NCBI GenBank assembly: GCA_965279375.1
Contig: OZ257156.1
Location: 4,864,001-4,928,000 of the forward strand
DNA length: 64,000 nucleotides
Source of the DNA: Gemmatimonas sp.
GTDB taxonomy: Bacteria > Gemmatimonadota > Gemmatimonadetes > Gemmatimonadales > Gemmatimonadaceae
Direction: 5' to 3'
Below are positions 45,957 to 55,842 of the stretch, piece by piece (position 1 is the stretch's first letter; every line of letters starts with the position of its first letter). Both the position numbers and the translations under genes were made by a program. A model generated the notes under the pieces. It searched no databases, was not told where the DNA came from, and saw only the letters and a program-made list of their open reading frames with translations.

Positions 45957-47315
45957 TCACGTCCGCTTTTTGCCCACGGTCGCGTAGTAGACGGGAATGC
46001 CGAGGGCGATGACGCCCAAGACGCCCACGGTGCCCCAACGCTGTCCCGGATCCACCAACGCATTCACGATCAGAAAGAGCGTGGCGAGGCAGAAGAGTGC
46101 CGGCACCAGCGGATAGCCCGGCACCTTGACCGGCGGATTCCAGTCGGCGCGCCGACGCAGCGGAAAGATCGCGCCCACACTCAGGATGTAGAACACGAGC
46201 GACGCGGTCACAAAGATGTCCGCCAATTGTTCGAACGACCGCAGCAACACGAAGGCGATGCCGATGCCGGCCGCCAGCAGGATGGCCACGTACGGCGTCT
46301 TGAACTTGGGATGAACCGCGGCGACCTGCCGGAAGAAGAGCCCGTCGTCGGCCATGGCGAAGAAAATGCGAGGCCCGGTCAGCAGCGACCCGTTTACCGA
46401 GCCGAATGTCGAGAGCAGCACCGTGATGGACACGAGCGTGACGCCAATCGGCCCGATGAGCTTCTGGGCCACATCCGCCGCGACCAGTCGCGCGCCCCGG
46501 ATCTCGTCAACGGACAGCACCGACAGGTAGGCCACATTGGCCAGTAGGTAGATCGCCACCACGGCCAGCGTCCCCAGCACGATCGCGCGCGGCATGTTGC
46601 GCCGTGGGTCCTTCACCTCGCCGCCCACTTTCGTGAGGTCGCCCCACCCGTCGAACGCCCAGAGCACGGACACGAGCGCCAGGCCAAAGGCGCTGACCGA
46701 GAAGCTGCCCGGCGGCGTCGCCGGCGTGAAATGGCCGCCACCGCTCTGCGGCAGGCCAATCGCAAAGGCCAGGATGATCACCAGCAGCAGCCCGCCGTAC
46801 TTGGCCACCGCCGTGATGTTCTGCACCAGCGACCCCCAGCGGAGCCCCACCACGTTGACCGTCGCCATGACGGCCAGCGCTGTCGCCGCGATCCAGTGGG
46901 CGTAGTCCGAGTATGGTGCCTGAGACGGGTCGTGGCCCAGGGCCCGCAGCAGATACTCGGCGAAGGTGATCGAAATCGCGCCCAGCGCCGCCGCTCGAAT
47001 GATGATCAGCTCCGACCATCCATACAGAAAGGCTGGGAGCCGTCCCCACCCTTCCCGGATGAACACATAGTGCCCGCCCGTCTTCGGGAGCGCGCCGGCC
47101 ACCTCGGCCAGGGTCAGCGCTCCGCAGAGCGAGAAGATGCCGCCGGTGATCCAGACGGCCAGCAGCGGGAGCGGACCGGGCAGCTTGTCGGCGATGCCGG
47201 CCGGGGAGCGGAAGATTCCGGACCCGATGGTGGTGCCCACCAGGACGGCGATGGCGCTGAAGAGGCCAAGGCGGCGGGGAAGTTCCGTGGGCGGGCTGGA
47301 ATCGGCTGGAGGCAT
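45957..47315 (-). CDS. APC family amino acid permease
   Basis: GTTIGSGIF, PKTGG.Y, WAFDGW, PRIFFAMA, HPKFKTP. Confidence 0.92.
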   Translation of the reverse strand: MPPADSSPPTELPRRLGLFSAIAVLVGTTIGSGIFRSPAGIADKLPGPLPLLAVWITGGIFSLCGALTLAEVAGALPKTGGHYVFIREGWGRLPAFLYGWSELIIIRAAALGAISITFAEYLLRALGHDPSQAPYSDYAHWIAATALAVMATVNVVGLRWGSLVQNITAVAKYGGLLLVIILAFAIGLPQSGGGHFTPATPPGSFSVSAFGLALVSVLWAFDGWGDLTKVGGEVKDPRRNMPRAIVLGTLAVVAIYLLANVAYLSVLSVDEIRGARLVAADVAQKLIGPIGVTLVSITVLLSTFGSVNGSLLTGPRIFFAMADDGLFFRQVAAVHPKFKTPYVAILLAAGIGIAFVLLRSFEQLADIFVTASLVFYILSVGAIFPLRRRADWNPPVKVPGYPLVPALFCLATLFLIVNALVDPGQRWGTVGVLGVIALGIPVYYATVGKKRT

Positions 47316-47352
47316 GGCCGCCAATGCTACAGCCTTGCTACCTTTCTCCGCT

Positions 47353-47595
47353 ATGTCACCAGCATTACTCGACGCGCTCTTCTGGGCCGCCGTCGGCACC
47401 TGCGCGGTTGCGCAGCTGTTCATCCTGCGGGCCGTCTTTCGCGTGCTCCCGCCCCGGTCGTCGTCCCCTGACGCGCCGAACGTTCCAGTGCCACACCGCG
47501 TGCAGGAAATCGCCTGGGCCATCCTCCCGGCGTTTCTCCTCGCGGGCGCCTTCATCGGCGCGTGGCGCGCGATGCACCCGACTTCGACACCGTGA
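47353..47595 (+). CDS. Small two-TM protein resembling the COX2 transmembrane hairpin (80 aa)
   Basis: LFWAAVGTCAVAQLFIL, loop, HRVQEIAWAILPAFLL. 7 nt upstream of ctaA. Confidence 0.65.
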   Translation: MSPALLDALFWAAVGTCAVAQLFILRAVFRVLPPRSSSPDAPNVPVPHRVQEIAWAILPAFLLAGAFIGAWRAMHPTSTP

Positions 47596-47602
47596 TTCCG
47601 GC

Positions 47603-48616
47603 ATGACTTCGTCTGCTTCGCTTCCTCCCGCGCAGATCCGCCGCGCGTCGTATATCGCACTGAGCGTCGCGCTCGTGCACATCGTTTTTGGCGCGATCGT
47701 CCGCATCTCCGGCTCCGGCATGGGCTGCGGCGAGAACTGGCCCAAATGCTACGGCTACTGGTTCCCGCCGTTCGAGCGCATGGACCTGGTCATCGAAGTG
47801 ATGCACCGCTATCTCGCGATCGCGCTCTTTGCATCCATCGCCTGGCTGGTCGCCACCGTCTTCCGCAACCGCCACGATCGCACCGTCAGCGGCACGGGCG
47901 GCGTCGCCAACAGCGCGCGGCTCGCGCTGGCCCTGTGGTTCGCACCGGCGCTCTTTGGCGCGGTGACGGTCTTCACGGGCAATCCGGCGTGGGCCACGGT
48001 GGTACACAAGCTTCTCGCGGCCTCGCTGATCGCCGTGCTGGTCGTGTCGGCCATCCGTGCTGGTGGACTTGGTGGCGCGAGTGTGCTGACCGAACGTGGC
48101 ACGACCAAAGCCGTGGGCGGCGCGACGGGTGCCGCCGTGATGGCGCTCCTCGTGGTGTTGCTCGGCGGACTGACGGCCAAGATCCCCGATGCGGCGATCG
48201 CCTGCGCAGGCTTCCCGCTCTGCGGCCCCGGCTCGCTCGGCGGCGGCGCGCAGCATGTGCAGCTGACGCATCGCATTCTCGCCTACCTGCTGGTGCTGCA
48301 TCTCGCGTCTCTCCCGTTCCTGTTCCGCAAGCGCGGTGAGCCGAGCGTGATCACGCGTGCGGCGTGGATCGGGATGGGCCTTGGCCTGCTGCAGGTGGTG
48401 TGGGCTGGCTGGATGGTGACAGGCGGATTCCCCTCGGTCGTGCGTTCGCTGCATCAGGCGACGGGCATTCTGATCTGGGTGACGGCCGTGACGATGACCT
48501 ACCTGGCGCGCATTGCGTCGGGCAAAAGCACGGTGGCGTCGCAGCAGATCGGCGGCGCGTCGCGCGGTGATGTTGGCACGATCAGCGGCCGCGTCTCGCC
48601 GAGTGGTGCGCGCTGA
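47603..48616 (+). CDS. ctaA: Heme A synthase (COX15/CtaA)
   Basis: VRISGSGMGCGENWPKC, EVMHR, second Cys pair CAGFPLC, THR, LHQ. Confidence 0.9.
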   Translation: MTSSASLPPAQIRRASYIALSVALVHIVFGAIVRISGSGMGCGENWPKCYGYWFPPFERMDLVIEVMHRYLAIALFASIAWLVATVFRNRHDRTVSGTGGVANSARLALALWFAPALFGAVTVFTGNPAWATVVHKLLAASLIAVLVVSAIRAGGLGGASVLTERGTTKAVGGATGAAVMALLVVLLGGLTAKIPDAAIACAGFPLCGPGSLGGGAQHVQLTHRILAYLLVLHLASLPFLFRKRGEPSVITRAAWIGMGLGLLQVVWAGWMVTGGFPSVVRSLHQATGILIWVTAVTMTYLARIASGKSTVASQQIGGASRGDVGTISGRVSPSGAR

Positions 48617-49557
48617 TGGCTGTGGTGAATGATGTCGCACCGGAGCTGATGGGAACGCCGGCAGGTAAGCCGGCACCGGCCGAGCCGTCGCTCTCGCGGG
48701 ATCTCGTCTCGCTCACCAAGCCACGCATCATCTCGCTGTTGCTGGTGACAACCATCGCGCCGATGTATGCGGCGGGCTCGCCGTCGTGGCTGAGCGTGGT
48801 GCTGGTCACCATCGGCGGCTATCTGATGGCCGGCGGTGCGAATGCGATCAACATGTACATCGATCGCGACATCGACGACGTGATGGCTCGCACGCGACTG
48901 CGTCCGCTGCCCAGTGGTCGCATGTCGCCGGTGCAGGTGCTGGCGTTCGGCATCGCCTGCGCGACGCTCGCCACGTGGATGCTCGCGCATTTCGTGAACG
49001 TGCTGACGGCCGGACTCGCGCTGGCGGGCTTCTACTTCTACGTCTTCATCTACACGCGCATTCTCAAGCGCACGTCGCCGCAAAACATCGTGATCGGTGG
49101 CGCGGCGGGTGCGTTTCCGCCGCTGGTCGGCTGGGCCGCGACCACGGGCACGCTCGACGTGTCGGCGCTGTGCCTGTTTCTGATCGTATTCTACTGGACG
49201 CCGCCGCACTTCTGGGCGCTCGCGCTGCTGAAGCAGGTGGACTACGGTCGTGCCAAGGTGCCGATGGCGCCGCTGGTGTGGGGCGAACGCGAGACGATGA
49301 ACCAGATGCTCTGGTACACCGTCATCCTCATCGTGCTGACGATGCTACCGGTGCTCTTCGGTGCATTCGGCCTGTTCTACCTCGCGTCCTCGATCATCCT
49401 GAACGCGCTGCTGATGCGCGGCTTGCTGCGCATTCTGTCGGCGGCCAAGGCGGGGGCACCGTGGACGGGACCGGCGTGGTGGGTCTACAAGTACACACTG
49501 CTGTATCTGGCGCTGCTGTTCGTCGCCATGGCTGTCGATAAGGCCATTGCCCGCTGA
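48616..49557 (+). CDS. ctaB: Protoheme IX farnesyltransferase (heme O synthase)
   Basis: LTKPRII, DRDIDDVMARTRLRP, NIVIGG, WTPPHFWAL. Confidence 0.96.
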   Translation: MAVVNDVAPELMGTPAGKPAPAEPSLSRDLVSLTKPRIISLLLVTTIAPMYAAGSPSWLSVVLVTIGGYLMAGGANAINMYIDRDIDDVMARTRLRPLPSGRMSPVQVLAFGIACATLATWMLAHFVNVLTAGLALAGFYFYVFIYTRILKRTSPQNIVIGGAAGAFPPLVGWAATTGTLDVSALCLFLIVFYWTPPHFWALALLKQVDYGRAKVPMAPLVWGERETMNQMLWYTVILIVLTMLPVLFGAFGLFYLASSIILNALLMRGLLRILSAAKAGAPWTGPAWWVYKYTLLYLALLFVAMAVDKAIAR

Positions 49558-51340
49558 TTCTGCGTCACCGACGGCTGGAGTGAAGACGAGTGGGCGTGGC
49601 CGATTTCCGTCGCCGCGCCCACTTGCTCGTCTTGCGCCACTCCTGCGCCCGTATCGCGCTCGGTTGACCGTTGCATTCGTCTGTCTCGTGGTCGCGGCCG
49701 CCGCAGGATTGGTGTTCCCGCGCGTGCTGCAGTATCTGCTGGACGCCGCGTTCGAACAGCACGATCGCGCCGCGCTGGACCGCATCGCGCTGGCACTGCT
49801 CGGCATCTTTGCCGTGCAGGCGGTGATGAACTTCGTGCAGGTGTTCCTGCTGACGTCGTCCACGGAGAAGATCGTGGCCGCGCTGCGTCGCGAAACGTTC
49901 GCACATCTCATTCGACTGTCGCCCGCGTTTTTCACGGAGCGGCGCACCGGTGAACTGACCAGTCGATTGTCGAGCGACTTGGGATTGCTGCAGCAGCTCA
50001 TGGGCACGTGGGTATCGGAGCTCTCACGCCAGCTGCTGTTTCTCGTGGGTGGCGTGATCATGCTGTCGATCACCAATCCGGGGCTCACGCTCACCACGCT
50101 GGCGGTGGTGCCTGCGGTGGCCATCGCGGCGGTCACGTTCGGTCGTGCGCTGCGCAAAGCCAGCACTGGCGTACAGGATCGCGTCGCCGAAGCGATGGGT
50201 ACCGCCGACGAAGCCTTCGGCGCCATTCGTGTGGTGCAGAGCTTCACTCGGGAAGCGCAGGAGACGGCGCGCTTCAGCGGCCTGCTCGACGGCGTAGTGG
50301 CCGCCGCGATTCGTCGCGCACGTTTGCGCGCGATGTTCTTCGGCATCGTGGGCTTCGTCGCCTTCGCGGCCGTGGTCGCCGTGTTGTGGCAGGGCGGCGC
50401 GCAGGTACTGGCCGGGCGTCTCACCGCCGGCGCGTTGGTGTCGTTCCTGTTCTATGCGCTCACGGTGGCGGCAGCGATCGGCGCACTGGCATCGGTGTTC
50501 GGCAATCTGCAGGAAGCGATTGGCGCCGTGTCGCGTGTATTCGAATTGCTGGACACGCAACCGACGGTGCGCGAACCCGAGCACCCGCGCGCGCTCGCCG
50601 GCGCCGTGCGCGGCGCCGTCGCGTATGAGCAGGTGGCGTTTCGCTACGATGCATCGCCGCGTGATGTGATTGCGGACTTCTCGCTCGACATCGCGCCGGG
50701 AGAAGTCGTGGCCCTCGTGGGGCGCTCAGGCGCCGGCAAGACCACCATCGCGAGTCTGCTGCCGCGTTTCTGGGACGTGACCGCGGGACGCATCACGCTT
50801 GATGGCGTGGACATTCGCGAGCTCTCGCTCGAGACGTTGCGCGGCGCGATTGGCATCGTGCCGCAGGAGCCGGTGCTCTTCAGCGGCAGCATTCGCGAGA
50901 ACATCGCCTACGCGCGTCCCGATGCATCCGACGCCGATGTCATGCAGGCAGCGCGCGCTGCGCATGCGTGGGAGTTCATAGAGAAGCTGCCGGCCAAGTG
51001 GGACACGTTGGTGGGCGAACGAGGGGTCAAGCTCTCGGGCGGACAGCGTCAGCGCATCGCAATCGCGCGCGTGTTTCTCAAGAATCCAGCGGTGGTCATT
51101 CTCGACGAGGCCACGTCCAGTCTCGACACCGAAAGCGAACAGCTCGTGGAAGACGCTCTCGAAGTGCTGCTCAACGGCCGCACGACGCTGATCATCGCAC
51201 ATCGTCTGAGCACGGTGCGACGAGCCGATCGCGTGGTGGTGATGAACGACGGCGCGATCACCGAAATCGGCAGCCACGACGAACTCGTCGGGCGCGAAGG
51301 TGGGCTCTACGCCAAACTCTACCTCGGGCAGACGCTTTAG
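49547..51340 (+). CDS. ABC exporter, fused TMD-NBD (MsbA-like)
   Basis: TGELTSR, GRSGAGKT, LSGGQRQR, ILDEATS, IAHR. Start uncertain. Confidence 0.92.
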   Translation: MPADSASPTAGVKTSGRGRFPSPRPLARLAPLLRPYRARLTVAFVCLVVAAAAGLVFPRVLQYLLDAAFEQHDRAALDRIALALLGIFAVQAVMNFVQVFLLTSSTEKIVAALRRETFAHLIRLSPAFFTERRTGELTSRLSSDLGLLQQLMGTWVSELSRQLLFLVGGVIMLSITNPGLTLTTLAVVPAVAIAAVTFGRALRKASTGVQDRVAEAMGTADEAFGAIRVVQSFTREAQETARFSGLLDGVVAAAIRRARLRAMFFGIVGFVAFAAVVAVLWQGGAQVLAGRLTAGALVSFLFYALTVAAAIGALASVFGNLQEAIGAVSRVFELLDTQPTVREPEHPRALAGAVRGAVAYEQVAFRYDASPRDVIADFSLDIAPGEVVALVGRSGAGKTTIASLLPRFWDVTAGRITLDGVDIRELSLETLRGAIGIVPQEPVLFSGSIRENIAYARPDASDADVMQAARAAHAWEFIEKLPAKWDTLVGERGVKLSGGQRQRIAIARVFLKNPAVVILDEATSSLDTESEQLVEDALEVLLNGRTTLIIAHRLSTVRRADRVVVMNDGAITEIGSHDELVGREGGLYAKLYLGQTL

Positions 51341-51397
51341 CTGCCGATTACTGCGACACGCTGTCTGCAACCCGCAGCCGGCGCCGCAGCTCTCCAC

Positions 51398-52366
51398 CTA
51401 GTACTTGATGTCCACTCGCGTTTCGACGCCGTCGGTCACGCGCAGTTCTCGTGAGCGCGTGCCGAGCGCCTCGCTCCACACTACCAGCGTATAGCGACCG
51501 TCGGGCACGCCATCAAAGCGGAACTGCCCATCTGCGGACGTGATCGCCACGAACGGATGCGGTGACACCGCGATCCACGCACGTACCCACGGATGCAGGT
51601 CGTCACGCACTTCCACGAGCCCCGGCCGATCGGCGGCCTTCGAGGTCGGCACCACCTGCCCCGCATCGTTGAGCATCACCGTCGCACGTATCGCGTTGGG
51701 CTCGCCGACGTCCACAAAACGCAGCCGTGAGCTCATCACGTCCGCCGACGTGACCATCACCGTGCTGCCCACCGGTACGCGCTGCACGCGCGGCTCGAGA
51801 CGGCACCCGGCCAATCGCAGCGACGCGCGCCGCTTGTCCATGTCCGCCGGACCGCTCGCTACGCCCACCAACCAGGCGACGGCGTTCCCCACGCCATCGC
51901 CGGCACTCGGCACGGCGCGCTGCGTGAACGGCTGACAGGCCTGCAGGTCGTGCGTGGGCGTGATGATCGTGTCGCGTGAGGCGCGCTCACCGCCACCAAC
52001 GCGGCCCACGATCGTTCCGCCGGTCGTTACCACGGAGGAGTCACCGCTCCGCCGTGCCGCCGCCGTGTATTTCGTGCCGTCGGCGCCGCCGGCTGCCCGC
52101 GCGAGCGTTTGCACCATTCGCTGCGCGGGAGACGGCGCAGGCAATTGCAGAGCGCTCTGCGCACTGCTCACCGACGATGCGTTCGCGGGCGTGAGCGTCG
52201 CCGATGCGCTGCCCCCTTCTCCCGCGTTGAGCTCGAGCGTGCCCGCGACCTCCGCGATGCGGCCGCTACCCGCTGCGTCTGTCTTTCGCTCGCGGCACGC
52301 GGAACTCGCAGTTGCGGCCGCGCCAAGCAACAGCGCGACGGTCGCGCGCAGCAGATGCCCGCGCAC
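51398..52366 (-). CDS. Lipoprotein with degenerate cupredoxin-like and carboxypeptidase-regulatory-like domains
   Basis: Lipobox-like SSAC, GCRLEPRV, DLHPWVRAWI, HPFVAITSADGQFRFDGVPDGRY. Confidence 0.7.
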   Translation of the reverse strand: MRGHLLRATVALLLGAAATASSACRERKTDAAGSGRIAEVAGTLELNAGEGGSASATLTPANASSVSSAQSALQLPAPSPAQRMVQTLARAAGGADGTKYTAAARRSGDSSVVTTGGTIVGRVGGGERASRDTIITPTHDLQACQPFTQRAVPSAGDGVGNAVAWLVGVASGPADMDKRRASLRLAGCRLEPRVQRVPVGSTVMVTSADVMSSRLRFVDVGEPNAIRATVMLNDAGQVVPTSKAADRPGLVEVRDDLHPWVRAWIAVSPHPFVAITSADGQFRFDGVPDGRYTLVVWSEALGTRSRELRVTDGVETRVDIKY

Positions 52367-53547
52367 TATACGACGTACAGGTCGCGCTGCGGCGTTCCGG
52401 GGGTCACCAACAAGGCGTCGTCACCTACGAATGCGTTGACTTCGCTGCGCACCCCGAGCTCACCCGGGATGTAGATGCCGGGTTCGATGGAGAAGCCGAC
52501 GCCCGGAATCAACAGGCGATCGTCACGCGATTCGAGATTGTCGATCTGCGGACCGGAGCCGTGCAGGTCGCGCGAGTCGATGCTGTGACCCGTGCGATGC
52601 CAGAACTGCGCGCCAAAACCGCGCGCTTCGATGACAGCACGGGCCGCATCGTCCGCCGCACCACCGTGCACCGGCACGCCGGCCGCGATCCGCTCACTCA
52701 GCAGAGTCAGCGCCGCATCGCGCGCGTCGCGCACCGCTTCCCATATCGTCACGGCACGCATTGACGGGACGCCCAACGACGCCATCCACGTCTGGTCGGC
52801 GTACACGCCACCGTTGCGCTCACGCGCCCAGAGGTCGATGAGCAAGAGGTCGCCTGAGACGATCAGACGTGGCGCCTGCTCCGATGGCGCGTAGTGCGGG
52901 TTGGCCGCGTTCTCTGAAGCAGCCACATCGGGGCCGTGGTCAGTATCGAGACCGGCGCGATCGAACGCGGCGAGAATGCGTGCCTGCAGCTCGTGCTCCG
53001 CGACCGGGTTGCCCTCGGCGACCCGTTGGCCCGCGTACGTGATCGCGTCGTGCGCGATGGCCGCGATCTGTTCCGCTGCGCGCTTGTGCGATGCGAGCTG
53101 CGGCGCCGTCCAGGTGGCATACACCTGCGACACCAGATCGCCCGAGCACACCACGGATGCGCCCGTCGCGCGCACCATCTCCAGCACACCGGCCGGCACG
53201 CGATCGAGATACGGAATCGCGTCGCCGGCCGAATACTCCATCGCCACGCGCTTGCCGGCGATCAACGTCGACAGCTGCGACTCCAACTCGCGCCACCCGC
53301 TGTAGGTACGCAGTGGCCACGCCTTGGGCCAACGTGCCCACGGACCCGGTTCGATGTTGTGCCCAATGCCGATTGGTGTGCCCTCGCGCGGAATCAGCGC
53401 GAACACCCGACGCGAGCACAGCCCCTCGAAACCCAGCAGCGCACTCGCAATCGCGTTCGTGCCGCGAAAGTCATACAGCAGCCAGCCGTCCAGATCGGCT
53501 TCGGCCAGCAAACGCTGCAGCATCGGCAACTGCGCTTCCGTCAGCAT
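52366..53547 (-). CDS. M24 family (Xaa-Pro) metallopeptidase
   Basis: DGWLLYDF, NPHY, LIDLW, YADQT, HRTGHS, FSIEPGIY, GVRSE. Confidence 0.92.
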   Translation of the reverse strand: MLTEAQLPMLQRLLAEADLDGWLLYDFRGTNAIASALLGFEGLCSRRVFALIPREGTPIGIGHNIEPGPWARWPKAWPLRTYSGWRELESQLSTLIAGKRVAMEYSAGDAIPYLDRVPAGVLEMVRATGASVVCSGDLVSQVYATWTAPQLASHKRAAEQIAAIAHDAITYAGQRVAEGNPVAEHELQARILAAFDRAGLDTDHGPDVAASENAANPHYAPSEQAPRLIVSGDLLLIDLWARERNGGVYADQTWMASLGVPSMRAVTIWEAVRDARDAALTLLSERIAAGVPVHGGAADDAARAVIEARGFGAQFWHRTGHSIDSRDLHGSGPQIDNLESRDDRLLIPGVGFSIEPGIYIPGELGVRSEVNAFVGDDALLVTPGTPQRDLYVV

Positions 53548-53612
53548 CGCTCGTTCCTCACCGGATCCGCATCATCTCGTGTTTGTCCTCGATGGCAACC
53601 GCGCCACATCGC

Positions 53613-54284
53613 TCAACGACGGCGCCATTCCGAGCGCCACTGACAGCGTGCGTCGCCACGCGAGCGACACATCACATGCTCCACCGCGCCGTCGGTATCC
53701 GCGAGCACGTGCATCGCCTCACGAAAGGCCGCCTCGTACATGCCGCAGCCTGCTGCACGAGGCGCGGCATCGGCCGAGACGGGTGCGGCCACCTCGAGCA
53801 CGATCGTGCTGCCTTGTCTCACCAGCGTGCCGTCCATGAATCGCTTGGCCAGCCGACGCAGAAGCCCCAACGCGATCGGACGCCCGATCAGCGACGGCAT
53901 GGACGTGGCGGCCGTACGCTGCGCCGAGCTGATGGTGGACATCGCCGAACGCGCCCAACGCCGACCCGCCTCGCGAAAGGCGAGATCGGCGTCCGGTCGG
54001 CGGCCGATGAGCCGCGCTAACGCCAGAACCTCGTCGAAGGGCACGCGCTGCTGCCGACGCACGGCCTCCGAGTAGCGGCGGATCTGCTGCAGCACCGTCT
54101 CGCTGAGTCCGAGCCGCTTGTTGCGCAGCTCATGCACCAGCTCAGCGTCCAGCTCGGCCTCGGGCGTGTCGATCAGCTTGACCGCTTCCAGCAGGGCCAG
54201 CGGGAGACGGGCGTCAAGCGACGCGCCAGACAGCGGCAGCGCGGCCGGAGGCAGCGAACCAGCCCCCGTTGTGGCGTTCGTCAA
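53613..54284 (-). CDS. Hypothetical protein with a V4R-like C-terminal domain
   Basis: FREAGRR, GCGMY, VEHVMCRSRGDARCQW (V4R Cys pattern). TTG start approximate. Confidence 0.65.
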   Translation of the reverse strand: MTNATTGAGSLPPAALPLSGASLDARLPLALLEAVKLIDTPEAELDAELVHELRNKRLGLSETVLQQIRRYSEAVRRQQRVPFDEVLALARLIGRRPDADLAFREAGRRWARSAMSTISSAQRTAATSMPSLIGRPIALGLLRRLAKRFMDGTLVRQGSTIVLEVAAPVSADAAPRAAGCGMYEAAFREAMHVLADTDGAVEHVMCRSRGDARCQWRSEWRRR

Positions 54285-54498
54285 TGCGGAAACTGCGTGC
54301 GGGACGGCACGCTGTGCGGAATCTTCGGTGAGGGAGGACACTGACGGCGAAGCTAATGCGTGACACGCGGCGCGAACAAGCGGGACAGGCGCATCCCGAG
54401 CGCGATTCTCGCGAATGAGACGCGGTGCAACGTGGCTTGCGGTCGAGCGGTCCCGGCTGCACCGTGCAGCGTTGCTCCCACCTCCCCATTCGGTCCCG

Positions 54499-54861
54499 AT
54501 GGTCGCCTCCCCGCCTCCTACGGTGTTTGCGCCGCTCGAGACTTCGTCCGCGTCCGGCAGCGCCGCGAAAAGCTTCGCCGAACGGCTCTGCGCACAGACA
54601 CGAGCGCATCTCCACGAGTTTGTCGACAACGAACTCGATCTCCGCGATGCGTCCGAACGTGCGCTGCATGATTCGGTCAACCGGCATCTCCTGCTCTGCA
54701 CCAAGTGCGCGCGGCTGGAAGCCCAGCTGCGCGCCATGCGCCTTGCCCTCGCGGCCGTCGGTGCGCGCTCGATGCGCCGCGAACGAGCGAGCGAATCATT
54801 CCGCAGCGCCGCCGCCACTCTGCTGCGCGAACGTCCGCACGGCCCGCGACTGGTGGACTGA
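54499..54861 (+). CDS. Zinc-finger anti-sigma-like (zf-HC2) small protein
   Basis: CAQTRAHLHEFVDNEL...HLLLCTKC (HxxxCxxC). Start approximate. Confidence 0.7.
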   Translation: MVASPPPTVFAPLETSSASGSAAKSFAERLCAQTRAHLHEFVDNELDLRDASERALHDSVNRHLLLCTKCARLEAQLRAMRLALAAVGARSMRRERASESFRSAAATLLRERPHGPRLVD

Positions 54862-54915
54862 GGACGCGCGCGACACGCATCGCCTGCGCCCGAGCGCGAC
54901 CTGGGTACTGAGCTG

Positions 54916-55728
54916 ATGGACGGGGCAATTCTCACACATCCCGCGGCGTGGTGGATGGCCGTGCTCTTGGCCGCACTTGTCGCATCCGTGGCGTGGCGCG
55001 CCGGCAGTCTGTCGCGCAGCGGTGCGGTGGCAGCCTGTGCGATAGGCGCGATCGCGATCGCGACGACATGGGGCGTCGGCCTTTATCTCGTCGCCTGGTT
55101 CGTGCTGGCGTCGCTGCTCTCGCGCGTCGGGCGCTCGCGCAAGGCGGCGCGTGTGGCGCGCATCGTAGCCAAGGGCGACCAACGCGACGCACGGCAGGTG
55201 CTGGCCAACGGCGGGATCTTCGCGGTTGCCTCACTCGGCAGCCTGCTCGCCCCTGCCTACGCGGCGCCACTGCTCACCGCGGCGGCTGGTGCACTCGCCG
55301 CAGCCGGCGCGGACACATGGTCCACGGAAATCGGTACGCTCGTCGGCGGCACACCGTGGTCGCTCCGCACGAGGGGGGCCGTGCCGGCCGGCACCTCCGG
55401 TGCGGTCACGTGGCCGGGCTCACTCGGCGGCGCGCTGGGCGCCCTGACACTCGCCGGCATGGCCACTGTCTGCGCGATGGTCCCGGTGTCGGCCCTCCTG
55501 AGCGTGGCCGCAGGCGGACTGATCGGAGCGTGGACGGACACCGCCATAGGCGCGTGGGGGCAAACGCGCCGCTGGTGTTCGCGATGCGCCGAGGAAACGG
55601 AACAGGACATGCACCACTGCGGTACGCCGACCGAGCGACGCGGTGGGCTTGCCGCACTCGACAACGACGCGGTCAACTTCCTCTGCACCGTCGTCGGCGC
55701 GGTGTCTGCGGTCGTTCTGTCCGTCTGA
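54916..55728 (+). CDS. DUF92 / TMEM19 family membrane protein
   Basis: RDARQVLANG, ADTWSTEIG, GTSGAVT, DNDAVN, CSRC...HHCG. Confidence 0.9.
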   Translation: MDGAILTHPAAWWMAVLLAALVASVAWRAGSLSRSGAVAACAIGAIAIATTWGVGLYLVAWFVLASLLSRVGRSRKAARVARIVAKGDQRDARQVLANGGIFAVASLGSLLAPAYAAPLLTAAAGALAAAGADTWSTEIGTLVGGTPWSLRTRGAVPAGTSGAVTWPGSLGGALGALTLAGMATVCAMVPVSALLSVAAGGLIGAWTDTAIGAWGQTRRWCSRCAEETEQDMHHCGTPTERRGGLAALDNDAVNFLCTVVGAVSAVVLSV

Positions 55729-55842
55729 CGGATAGTGATCCAGCTTACATAGCCCGAGTCCGGCAGTACCGGCGCGGGCACGCGCGCGGCCACAGATTCG
55801 TTCTGCAATGACCGAGATGTGCTTCCTTTCACCCACGCCCCA

